A stretch of 64,000 nucleotides of DNA from contig CAVQBA010000006.1 in the NCBI GenBank assembly GCA_963710605.1, forward strand, positions 768,001 through 832,000, in the 5' to 3' direction. The notes under the pieces were generated by a model. It made no database searches and was not told the origin of the DNA. It saw only the letters and a program-made list of their open reading frames with translations. Shown here in pieces: positions 1 through 8,409 of this stretch. Source of the DNA: an uncultured cyanobacterium (GTDB lineage Bacteria > Cyanobacteriota > Cyanobacteriia > Cyanobacteriales > Cyanobacteriaceae). The translations under genes and the position numbers were made by a program. Each line of letters opens with the position of its first letter. Within the stretch, counting starts at the first letter, position 1.

Positions 1-203
1 TGTTTGTGGTGGTAGCACAGCAGTTGATGAAGATTTTGAACACTGATAATTAATTGACAATTGACAATTATTTTTAATTCAACTACCGATTTAGTGATAA
101 TAGAGAGTTGAAGGTTGTGAAGTGTACAATCACTTTCAATTCTTCATTCTTCTCCACTATAATTATCAATCAGAATTGATCTTTTTTTAAATTCTCAAAA
201 ATA

Positions 204-941
204 ATGAAAAAGTTACTCCTATTACTTAGTTTAATTGTTTGCCTAACAGGTTGTGTTAACTACGATGTTGGGATTAAATTTCCCCAAGCAAACCACGGTA
301 CAATTACCCAAAAAGTTAGGCTTAGCGAACAATTAACTAACGTCAGCGAACAAGAAGGTAAAAACTGGCTTAGAAGTCTTGATAGAAAAGCGTCTAGGTT
401 ACAAGGTAAAACTAAATATATATCCGAACGTGAAATTTTAGTGACAATTCCTTTTGCTAATGGGCAAGATTTAGCTCGTAAATTTAATCAATTTTTCTTA
501 CCTTCTGTTGATCAACAAAAGATCAACAGTTTTACTGATGATAGCCAAATCGATTTACTTGATTTATCAGCTAATTTATCGATCGTGCAAAATAATGCTA
601 TTTTTGTAGAGCGTAATACTCTTAAACTAATTGCCGATTTAACATCATTAGGAGTAACAACTGATGAAGGAAATATTATTTTTTCCTCTGGAGATTTAAT
701 TGATTTACAAGTGCAATTAAACTTTCCTTGGGGTGCGAGAATCATTACTAATGAATTTGCGGTAGAGAATAAATTACCTAATAATGGCTACAATATTCGG
801 TTACAAGCAGGACAAATTAACGAAATCACTGCTATATTCTGGCTTCCTAATTATGTCGGTTGGGGTAGTTTAGCAATTATTCTCTTTATTATTATTGTCT
901 TCTTCTTGAAATACAAAAAATTACCGTTAGTTAATAATTAA
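204..941 (+). CDS. DUF3153-like lipoprotein with C-terminal membrane anchor
   Basis: Lipobox LTGC, then VNYDVGIKF; C-terminal TM helix; resembles cyanobacterial DUF3153 proteins. Confidence 0.7.
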   Translation: MKKLLLLLSLIVCLTGCVNYDVGIKFPQANHGTITQKVRLSEQLTNVSEQEGKNWLRSLDRKASRLQGKTKYISEREILVTIPFANGQDLARKFNQFFLPSVDQQKINSFTDDSQIDLLDLSANLSIVQNNAIFVERNTLKLIADLTSLGVTTDEGNIIFSSGDLIDLQVQLNFPWGARIITNEFAVENKLPNNGYNIRLQAGQINEITAIFWLPNYVGWGSLAIILFIIIVFFLKYKKLPLVNN

Positions 942-955
942 ACAGTAAAAATTTT

Positions 956-980
956 GTAGGGGTTGAATATATTCAACCCT
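956..980 (+). repeat. GTAG-type REP-like hairpin
   Basis: GTAGGGGTTGAATATATTCAACCCT; relative near 27948-27974. Confidence 0.7.
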
Positions 981-1089
981 TGCTTGGTTTTATTACGTGA
1001 CTCTAAACCCCTCTTAATCCCTAACCACTCTTGCATCTGTGCGAACAAGGGTAGAATTTGAAATATAAATACCCGTACCAAAAAAACAT

Positions 1090-1485
1090 TAATATTTTTC
1101 TTGATTACAGTCTTGAATAAACTTTTTAAACATATAATCGTTTTTGCTGATTATTTGTAGTTGTTTGTAAAGGTTGGTCATAAATAATACATCCTTCATT
1201 AACTTGCACACAATAACCGAAATTATCTCTTTGAGAAACTTTCTGTTTCTTTTCTAACTTAGAACGAATATTCTGTTTATTTATTTTTTCTTCTAATATT
1301 TCACCTAGTTTTTTCCATAATTGAGAAGATTCTTTTTTGATATGAGATTCACTACAATTATTAAAATCTTGAGCTATTTGCCAATTCTTTTTCCCCTCCC
1401 AAGTACCTTTTAAAATAGTTTCTTGTATCGGTGTAAGTTCAATTAAATCATCGATGTAGTCCAAAATCTCCTCAATATGATTCAT
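1090..1485 (-). pseudogene. Internally deleted paralogue of the wHTH-NB-ARC gene at 3180-4529 (119-aa ORF 1126-1485 keeps only the N-terminal HTH region)
   Basis: N-terminus nearly identical to 3180-4529; 1115-1138 equals 3194-3217 and is joined directly to sequence matching 4180 onward. Confidence 0.85.
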
Positions 1486-1509
1486 TTATAGCTCTGGGTT
1501 AAAAATTTA

Positions 1510-1570
1510 ATCTACCAAATTATACTAAATCAAAACACGATCCTACCAAAATTAAATACAATATCCTACT
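1510..1570. promoter_or_regulatory. Putative phased operator array in divergent promoter, copy 1
   Basis: TAC-containing motifs at 1513, 1523, 1544, 1557, 1567, with the same spacing as in copy 2. Confidence 0.45.
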
Positions 1571-1757
1571 CTGCTCAACGATTTAAGAACATAAGATGAT
1601 TTATAAAGTTAGGAAAATTAATAACTTATTAACTAAGCCCTTTTACTAGCTCGTTCTTTTTCTAAACCTAGAGGATATGCGGGAGATGCTGAATTAATCG
1701 ATATATGCAACCTTTCAAGGAAAGAATTACTAAAAATTCGTCATATTAACCAAATTA

Positions 1758-2930
1758 ATGTCTTTATTCAAGTTCTTTAAACGTAAACTACCTTTGGCTT
1801 GGTTACAAATCAGCCACGAAAGGAAACGTTTACTGGTTGCTGTTTTAGGGATTGCCTTTGCAGATTTCCTTATGTTTATGCAGTTAGGGTTTCAAGCAGG
1901 TTTATACGAAAGCAACACTCTCTTGCATCGCAAATTAAAAGCCGATCTCGTTCTCGTCAGCCCCCAAGCCCTCTACATTGCTTTTTTAAACGACCTTTCC
2001 CGTCGTCGTATTTATCAAGCCAAGAATTATGAAAATGTTGTATCTGTTGCCGCCTTGTATGTCGATTATGCAGTGTGGAAGCATCCTAAAACCAAGCGGG
2101 AAACCACTGTTTTGTTTTTAGGGTTTAACCCAAAAAAGACAGCGATCGATATTCCCGAAGTTGCTGACAATCTCGATCGAATTAAATTTCCTGATGCTGT
2201 TTTACTCGATCGAGTCTCTAAAGGTGACTACCAAACTGTGATTGACGCTCTTAAAGCTGGAGAAATTGTCTCTACAGAAGTAGGAATACGGCGGGTTAAT
2301 GTTGTGGGTTTCTATGATTTAGGAGCAAATTTTTCGACTAATGTCAATATTATTACCAGCGACTTGAATTTCTTTCGCCTCTTTCCTCATCGGGATTTAA
2401 GTCGCATTAGTATTGGCTTATTGACGCTCACTCCTGGAACCGATCCTAAAAGTATGGCGAGAGTTTTACAAGCTGACTTGCCTAATGACGTGCAAGTTCT
2501 AACCTTAGAAGAATTTGCCGAACTAGAAAAAAAATATTGGGCAAGAGTGACTCCCATCGGTTTTATTTTTGGTTTGGGGGTAGCAATTGGTTTTATGGTA
2601 GGAACGATGACGGTGTATCAAATTCTTTATTCTAACGTTGCCGATCATCTCCCAGAGTACGCAACCCTCAAAGCAATGGGTTACCACGATCGCTATTTAC
2701 TGGGTGTGGTGTTGCAACAAGCGTTAGTCTTAGCTATCTTGGGTTTTATCCCTGGAGCTATCGTTTCATGGGGTTTATATCACTTAGCAAGTAGTATAAC
2801 CCTCTTACCTATTGTCATGACGGGGGAACGGGCTTTATCGGTTTTAGTAGCGACAATAGCCATGTCAACCCTATCGGGGGGAATCGCCATCCAAAAGCTA
2901 CGGGAAGCAGATCCAGCTGATATTTATTAG
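1758..2930 (+). CDS. devC: DevC-family ABC exporter permease
   Basis: LAWLQ..RLLVAVLGIAFA..LMFMQLGF, YQILYSNV..HLPEYATLKAMGY, C-terminal KLREADPADIY. Confidence 0.9.
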   Translation: MSLFKFFKRKLPLAWLQISHERKRLLVAVLGIAFADFLMFMQLGFQAGLYESNTLLHRKLKADLVLVSPQALYIAFLNDLSRRRIYQAKNYENVVSVAALYVDYAVWKHPKTKRETTVLFLGFNPKKTAIDIPEVADNLDRIKFPDAVLLDRVSKGDYQTVIDALKAGEIVSTEVGIRRVNVVGFYDLGANFSTNVNIITSDLNFFRLFPHRDLSRISIGLLTLTPGTDPKSMARVLQADLPNDVQVLTLEEFAELEKKYWARVTPIGFIFGLGVAIGFMVGTMTVYQILYSNVADHLPEYATLKAMGYHDRYLLGVVLQQALVLAILGFIPGAIVSWGLYHLASSITLLPIVMTGERALSVLVATIAMSTLSGGIAIQKLREADPADIY

Positions 2931-2979
2931 TCAATCTTTCAGTGTATATATCAATTATCAGTGATATGAAGTACAGACC

Positions 2980-3013
2980 GATCCCCCTAAATCCCCCTTT
3001 CTAAGGGGGACTT
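2980..3013 (+). repeat. GC-rich REP-like repeat (CCCCCTAAATCCCCCTT-N-AAGGGGGACTT family)
   Basis: Related copies at about 5751-5785, 5872-5905, 7582-7610, 8138-8195, 9304-9337, 23195-23245, 44546-44612, 45781-46194 (split), 47988-48023, 51658-51690, 52825-52902, 53199-53230. Confidence 0.85.
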
Positions 3014-3179
3014 GCAAATATTAACTCTACTTATCTAGTAATTTTTATCTATTAAGTATCCCCAATTAATTAAAGGTCAAAAAGCTTAAGTTCGTAGCCG
3101 CCATCGCTTAAGCCCTTATCTTAATTGCTTTTTATACCCCTTTAGGGGTAACTATAAACTTTCTTTTATTTAGGTAGCA

Positions 3180-4529
3180 CTACTTACATTCTCGAATAAA
3201 CTTTTTAAACATATAATTTAGCTTAAAAGTCGTACTTTCTTCTGATTTAATTTTTTCAACTAAACAACGTCTGATTAAAGATTTTATCACGGCTAAAAAC
3301 TGATAGTTAGAAATTTCTAGATTCATTGGTTGCAGTGAAAGATTTATTAATTCATCTTCTCTATCGGCAAACCACTTAATAACTTGATTTTCTAACTCTG
3401 ATAAACGTTCTAAATGAGATTCTAAAAAGGGTTTTAAATCATCAAAAAATATTTCATTCTCTTCTACTAAAAAATCACTAACCTTACCTTGATAAAATTC
3501 GTTAATAGTATCGGCGATTGTATTTAGCCAAGCTGGATTACTTTGATAAAGTTCTATTAATTTATGCCATTTTTCTTCATCTTGTAAGTTTTTTTCTTTT
3601 AATAATTCTTGAGCATCTTCTCTCAATCCTTTTAGTTGTAATGTCTTTACTTGCTTATTTTGTCTTGCTAAAATTTCTATATCTTTCGGTATTTCTTGAC
3701 TGATTAAGATGAAACTACTTTGATGATTTAATGTGATAATTTGCTGAAAAAACTTACTATAATCTTGATATTCTTTTCGATATTGCCCTGCTAATTCGCC
3801 ACTTCTAAATATGTGATGAAAATCATCAAAAACTATTAAACAACGAAATTGTTGAAAATAACTAATTAGGTTAGATAATGAACTTGATCGATCTGGATTT
3901 AAAAAATTTTCAACTTCTTGTTTTACGTTAATCAGTTTAGGAATATCATCAAAACTTTTGTAAAATATATAGTCAAATTCGGTTTTTATTTCAGAAATTA
4001 ATTTGAGTATTAAAGCTGTTTTTCCTACCCCAGTTAAGCCACAAACTGTTATTAGTTTAGTTTCATTTTCTAGCCAATTTTTTAAACTAGCAATTTCTAC
4101 ATCACGTCCATAATCACAACTTAATTCTGGTGCTTGGGTTAAATCAATTATTGTTTCTTTTTCTTTTAATGAAGACGATCGTTTTTGCTGATTATTTGTA
4201 GTTTGAATAAATTGACTATTAATATTTATGTTATTTTGATTATTTTGTAAAACACAGTTACGAGAATGATTAAAACTAAGAAAATCTTTATTCTTTTCTA
4301 ACTTAGAACGGATATTATGTTTATTTATTTTTTCTTCTAATTTTTCACTTAGTTTTTCCCATAATTGAGAAGATTCTTTTTTGATATGAGATTCACTACA
4401 ATGATTAAAATCTTGAGCTATTTGCCAATTCTTTTTTCCTGCCCAAGTACCTTTTAAAATCACTTCTTGTACTGGTGTAAGTTCAATTAAATCATCTATG
4501 TAGTCTAAAATCTCCTCAATATCATTCAT
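3180..4529 (-). CDS. N-terminal HTH plus NB-ARC (STAND) ATPase, putative transcriptional regulator
   Basis: Walker A GLTGVGKT, Walker B LIVFDD, C-terminal winged-helix-like region; no WD40/TPR repeats. Confidence 0.8.
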   Translation of the reverse strand: MNDIEEILDYIDDLIELTPVQEVILKGTWAGKKNWQIAQDFNHCSESHIKKESSQLWEKLSEKLEEKINKHNIRSKLEKNKDFLSFNHSRNCVLQNNQNNININSQFIQTTNNQQKRSSSLKEKETIIDLTQAPELSCDYGRDVEIASLKNWLENETKLITVCGLTGVGKTALILKLISEIKTEFDYIFYKSFDDIPKLINVKQEVENFLNPDRSSSLSNLISYFQQFRCLIVFDDFHHIFRSGELAGQYRKEYQDYSKFFQQIITLNHQSSFILISQEIPKDIEILARQNKQVKTLQLKGLREDAQELLKEKNLQDEEKWHKLIELYQSNPAWLNTIADTINEFYQGKVSDFLVEENEIFFDDLKPFLESHLERLSELENQVIKWFADREDELINLSLQPMNLEISNYQFLAVIKSLIRRCLVEKIKSEESTTFKLNYMFKKFIRECK

Positions 4530-4552
4530 TTGTAATTCTTACTTGGAAATTT

Positions 4553-4625
4553 AATCTACTTTAATATACCAAATTCTACTAAATAAAAACTCAATCCTAC
4601 CAAAATTAAATACGATATCCTACCC
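4553..4625. promoter_or_regulatory. Putative phased operator array in divergent promoter, copy 2
   Basis: TAC motifs at 4557, 4567, 4577, 4598, 4611, 4621; the last five are offset exactly 3054 bp from copy 1. Confidence 0.45.
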
Positions 4626-4695
4626 TGACAAATAATTGAAAAACATAACATGATTGTTAGTTAGAAAAAATTAAATAATCAAACGTTCTTGAATT

Positions 4696-5637
4696 ATGCG
4701 ATCGCAGTCCAACTTAATTAAAGAATCAGGATACAGTTTGATGGATGAAGCACAAAACCTGCTCTTGTCCGATCGTATTACAGAAGGTATGGATTGTTTA
4801 TCGGTAGGGATGAAAAATCTTAAAAATCATCATACAGCTAATGAGTGGCAAGAATTTGCTCAAACAACATTTTTAGAGCATCCTGTAACTCAAATAATTC
4901 ATCAATGCCCTTTTACTTATCGTTCTTTTTCCAAACCTAGAGGATACGCAGGAGATGCGGAATTAATCGATCTGATTTATGGTTTTAACTTAGACAGTCT
5001 TGATTTATCAAATCGTGCTAATCAAATTTTTGAACATTGTCGGTATTCGCCAACTTCTACTAGTGTAAGGGCAAGACTAGATGTTTTAGCACAAACGATC
5101 GATCGAGTAGCAGAACAAACCAATCATCCAGTTAGAATGATGTCTATTGCTTGTGGGCATTTGCGAGAAGCTCAAAAATCAGTAGCAATTCAAGAAAATA
5201 ATATTAGTAAATTTATCGCTTTCGATCGAGATACACTTTCTCTTCAACTAATCGATTCGCAGTTAAACAATAACTGTATCGAGACAATTCAAGGCTCAGT
5301 GACAACCTTGATTCGAGAAAAACAAACTTTTGAAAACTTAGATTTAGTTTATGCGGCAGGTTTGTACGATTATCTTGACCAGCCTTTTGCGACAAGATTA
5401 ACCAAAATAATGTTTGAAATGTTACGCTCAGGAGGAAAATTATTACTTGCTAATTTCGTTCCTAATCATCCCGATATAGGTTATATGGAAACATTTATGC
5501 AATGGTATTTAATTTATCGTACTGAAAGTCAATTAGAAGACGTTGCTAAAGAGATACCTACTAATGAAATTGCCGAGAAACGAACTTTTTTTGAAGAAAA
5601 CGGCAATATTGTATTTTTGGAATTAACCAAAGTGTGA
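4696..5637 (+). CDS. Class I SAM-dependent methyltransferase, PhcB-like
   Basis: KPRGYAGD motif, motif I MSIACGH, YAAGLYDYL, GGKLLLANF. Confidence 0.75.
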   Translation: MRSQSNLIKESGYSLMDEAQNLLLSDRITEGMDCLSVGMKNLKNHHTANEWQEFAQTTFLEHPVTQIIHQCPFTYRSFSKPRGYAGDAELIDLIYGFNLDSLDLSNRANQIFEHCRYSPTSTSVRARLDVLAQTIDRVAEQTNHPVRMMSIACGHLREAQKSVAIQENNISKFIAFDRDTLSLQLIDSQLNNNCIETIQGSVTTLIREKQTFENLDLVYAAGLYDYLDQPFATRLTKIMFEMLRSGGKLLLANFVPNHPDIGYMETFMQWYLIYRTESQLEDVAKEIPTNEIAEKRTFFEENGNIVFLELTKV

Positions 5638-5659
5638 GGAATTTTAACGTAAAAATAGA

Positions 5660-5682
5660 GGGTGCAAACCTTGCACCCCTAC
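5660..5682 (-). repeat. GTAG-type REP hairpin (empty copy)
   Basis: GGGTGCAAACCTTGCACCCCTAC; identical at 56015-56037; interrupted copies at 7076-7200 and 55339 onward. Confidence 0.8.
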
Positions 5683-5950
5683 AGCAGAAAATAAAAAGAC
5701 CGATCGCTCGCCTTCAATCCCTGACCCCTCTGCCTATCGGCATCTCCCAGATCCCCCCTTGATCCCCCCTTACTAAAGGGGGGGTAGGAGACTGGATGAA
5801 GTTTAAAGATGCTTCGCTTTTATTTTTAGGACTTGCTGATAACAACTATTGCAAATTTTATTTGAATTGGGAAGTCCCCCTTGACAAGGGGGATTTAGGG
5901 GGATCGATACGTACTAAATAATACTAATAATTAAGATAAAAATTTTTGAC

Positions 5951-7024
5951 ATGACTCGATCGTATTCTCTCAACAGTTGGCTAGACAAAGAAACCAGAAA
6001 AAGGATTTATCAAAAATCTGACTGGAAAGCAATTGGTATTTTTCTCGGACAAATTTTTCTTTATTTGATTTGTTTAGTTGGTGCGATCGCTGATTACTCA
6101 ATTATTTTTAATTTGATTTTCAGTATTTATCTTGGTTTTACGATCGGTCAAATTTTTATAACTGGTCATGATGCTTGTCATCAGGCTTTGACAAAATCTT
6201 CTTTTCTCAATCAAATTATTGGTAGAGTTGCTTTTTTATTTTCTCTTCATTCTTATTCTCTGTGGACAGTTACACATAATAACTATCATCATAACTATAC
6301 CAATATTAAGGGATTAGATCCTGTCTGGTGTCCAATGACAAAGGAAGAATTTGAATCTCAAAATTTAGTTCGCCGTTACCTAGAAAAACTATATAGAAGT
6401 TCGATCGGCGGCGGCTTTTATTATCTTCTCGAAATGTGGTTACAGAAATTTATTGTGCCTATTAATACTCAAGTTCGCTCTGAATGGAAAAAATATCTGC
6501 CTGACAGTATTTTAGTTCTTAGTTTTGCTATTTTGCAAACTTTTGTAATTGTTTATTTAGGTAGTTTTCTTGCCCCAAACAAGTCACCTATAGAAGTTTT
6601 AGTTTTAGGTTGGCTGATTCCTTTTGTGTTATGGAATTGGTTTATGGGAATCGTTATATATTGTCATCATACACATCCTGATATTCCTTGGTTTCAAAAA
6701 CATGAAAAAATTCCCTTTAATCAAATTCAAACTCATGTTACCAGTCACGTTATTTTTCCCAAACTGGTTAGCAGATTGTTGAATAGTATAATGGAACACA
6801 CTGCTCATCATCTTCAACCAACAATTCCAATGTACAATCTAAAGTTGGCACAAGACAAACTAGAAGAAGTTCATCGTCAAAACATAGTTGTCTATAATTG
6901 GAGTTTGGCAGAATATTGGAAAATTACTAAAATTTGTAAACTTTACGATTTTGAACAAAGATGCTGGACTGATTTCAATGGTAATCCGACATCTAAACCT
7001 GTTTGCACCGACTTTGAAAGCTGA
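5951..7024 (+). CDS. Membrane fatty-acid desaturase
   Basis: Three His boxes HDACH, HNNYHH, EHTAHH; transmembrane segments. Confidence 0.9.
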   Translation: MTRSYSLNSWLDKETRKRIYQKSDWKAIGIFLGQIFLYLICLVGAIADYSIIFNLIFSIYLGFTIGQIFITGHDACHQALTKSSFLNQIIGRVAFLFSLHSYSLWTVTHNNYHHNYTNIKGLDPVWCPMTKEEFESQNLVRRYLEKLYRSSIGGGFYYLLEMWLQKFIVPINTQVRSEWKKYLPDSILVLSFAILQTFVIVYLGSFLAPNKSPIEVLVLGWLIPFVLWNWFMGIVIYCHHTHPDIPWFQKHEKIPFNQIQTHVTSHVIFPKLVSRLLNSIMEHTAHHLQPTIPMYNLKLAQDKLEEVHRQNIVVYNWSLAEYWKITKICKLYDFEQRCWTDFNGNPTSKPVCTDFES

Positions 7025-7087
7025 GTTAAGCTACAAAAGGAGAAAAAACAGCAGTAGTAATTTTTATATTTTTCTGTAGGGGTGCAA

Positions 7088-7188
7088 GCGGTGGAAGCCC
7101 GCGTCGGCGTAAGACGCAAACGGTCAGAACCCGCGACGACGGCAAGTCGCAAGGGAAGGCTGACCAAGACGGGAACGTCCACCAAGAC
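7088..7188 (+). mobile_element. Nested small structured elements (RCGGT...ACCAAGAC family) inside a REP
   Basis: Removing 7088-7188 restores GTAGGGGTGCAAGGTTTGCACCCT; inner copy at 7120-7170. Confidence 0.75.
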
Positions 7189-7275
7189 GGTTTGCACCCT
7201 CATTGATGACATTTATTACTTTTGATTAATGAAAAAGTAGGTAAGATTAATAATAAATAATACAATCAAATTGTT

Positions 7276-7551
7276 ATGGAAGGAATTCAATATATTGTCG
7301 ATGACAAAGGAGAAAAAACAGCAGTAGTAATCGACTTAAAACAATGGGGTAATATTTGGTCAGAATTTTCTACTGTGTTAGCCGATCGTTTTAGAGAAAA
7401 AGAGGAATGGTTATATCAAGATGGTGGAGAAGAAAAACTCGATCGTGTTGAAGACACGGCGCTGCGCGATCGAGCATTAGAATGGTCTGCTAATAACCCA
7501 CCTCAAGAGTCTGATTTAGAAGAGCTAGAAAGAAAAATTAGACAATCATGA
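7276..7551 (+). CDS. Small antitoxin-like protein with a 27-nt in-frame insertion
   Basis: IQYIVDDKGEKTAVVIDL N-terminus typical of small antitoxin-like proteins; its stop overlaps an ATG (ATGA) at 7548. Confidence 0.55.
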   Translation: MEGIQYIVDDKGEKTAVVIDLKQWGNIWSEFSTVLADRFREKEEWLYQDGGEEKLDRVEDTALRDRALEWSANNPPQESDLEELERKIRQS

Positions 7552-7649
7552 CAAAAACAATTGTCGATTTTTGTACTCTTTCCTCCTGTTAAAAGAGATT
7601 TAGGGGGATTGATCTTTGTTTTTGTAACAAGATTTTTTTCAGATTAACA

Positions 7650-8100
7650 TTAATTGATTTCTAACTGAAGTTTTTCGATCGTTTCTAAAGGTAACTCAGT
7701 AATAGTAACAATTAAATCTAAAGGCATTTTTTGCTCTAACATTTTCAAAGCCGTTTCTATTTTACCCTGCTCAATACCTTGCTCAATACCTTGTCGAACG
7801 CCCTTTTCGATACCTTGTTGAATAATATCCTGATAAATAACTGATTCTTTCATAGTTTCCTCCCTTAAAATATTAGTAATAACTTGTTTTTCTAAAACTA
7901 AACCTGCTAATATCTCTGTACAAGCAGAAATATTACTTTCGATCGATTTTTGGTCAATTTTCTCGATTTCTTGAGCTACTTGAGTTAATGTTGCTCTTTT
8001 ATCTTCAGTCTTACTTAAAACCGCAAATGGTAACAATGCCTTTGACTTAAAGAAAGTTTCTGTGGGTTGTTCCCATAATCGTATAATATCAAAAAGAAAA
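7650..8100 (-). pseudogene. 5'-truncated Rpn-family (recombination-promoting nuclease/putative transposase) gene
   Basis: FDIIRLWEQP...LLPFAVL in frame upstream of the TTG; MKESVIYQDI and GIEQG repeats; N-terminal nuclease part missing next to a REP at 8138. Confidence 0.75.
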
Positions 8101-8317
8101 TAGTTGGTACCAAATTCTAAAAATAACGCTACAAATAGATCCCCCCAACCCCCCTTACTTAAGGGGGGCTTTAAACCCTTGATTTTTTGGTAAAAATATA
8201 ATGTAATTAAATCGATCGATCGTTTTGTCTGTATGTAGTAATAGCTTCTAGCTATTTTGTGTCTTTGAGAATGAAACAGCCCTGAGGGGGTTAGGGCGAT
8301 CGACCAATAATCAAGAA

Positions 8318-8373
8318 CCTTTGCCCTTTGCCCTTTGCCCCTTGCCCTTTGCCCTTTGCCCCTTGCCCTTTGT
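8318..8373. repeat. Heptamer tandem repeat (CCTTTGC) x8, STRR type
   Basis: Read directly from sequence. Confidence 0.9.
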
Positions 8374-8409
8374 TATAGATATTGTAAAAAATGGATCGGT
8401 TAGGACATT

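Noticed and set aside
6943-7212. 89-aa minus-strand ORF
   Set aside because: Open only because it crosses GC-rich nested repeats, and it overlaps the desaturase antisense
8318-8373. Tandem repeats as a CRISPR array
   Set aside because: Heptamers without spacers, and no cas genes in the window
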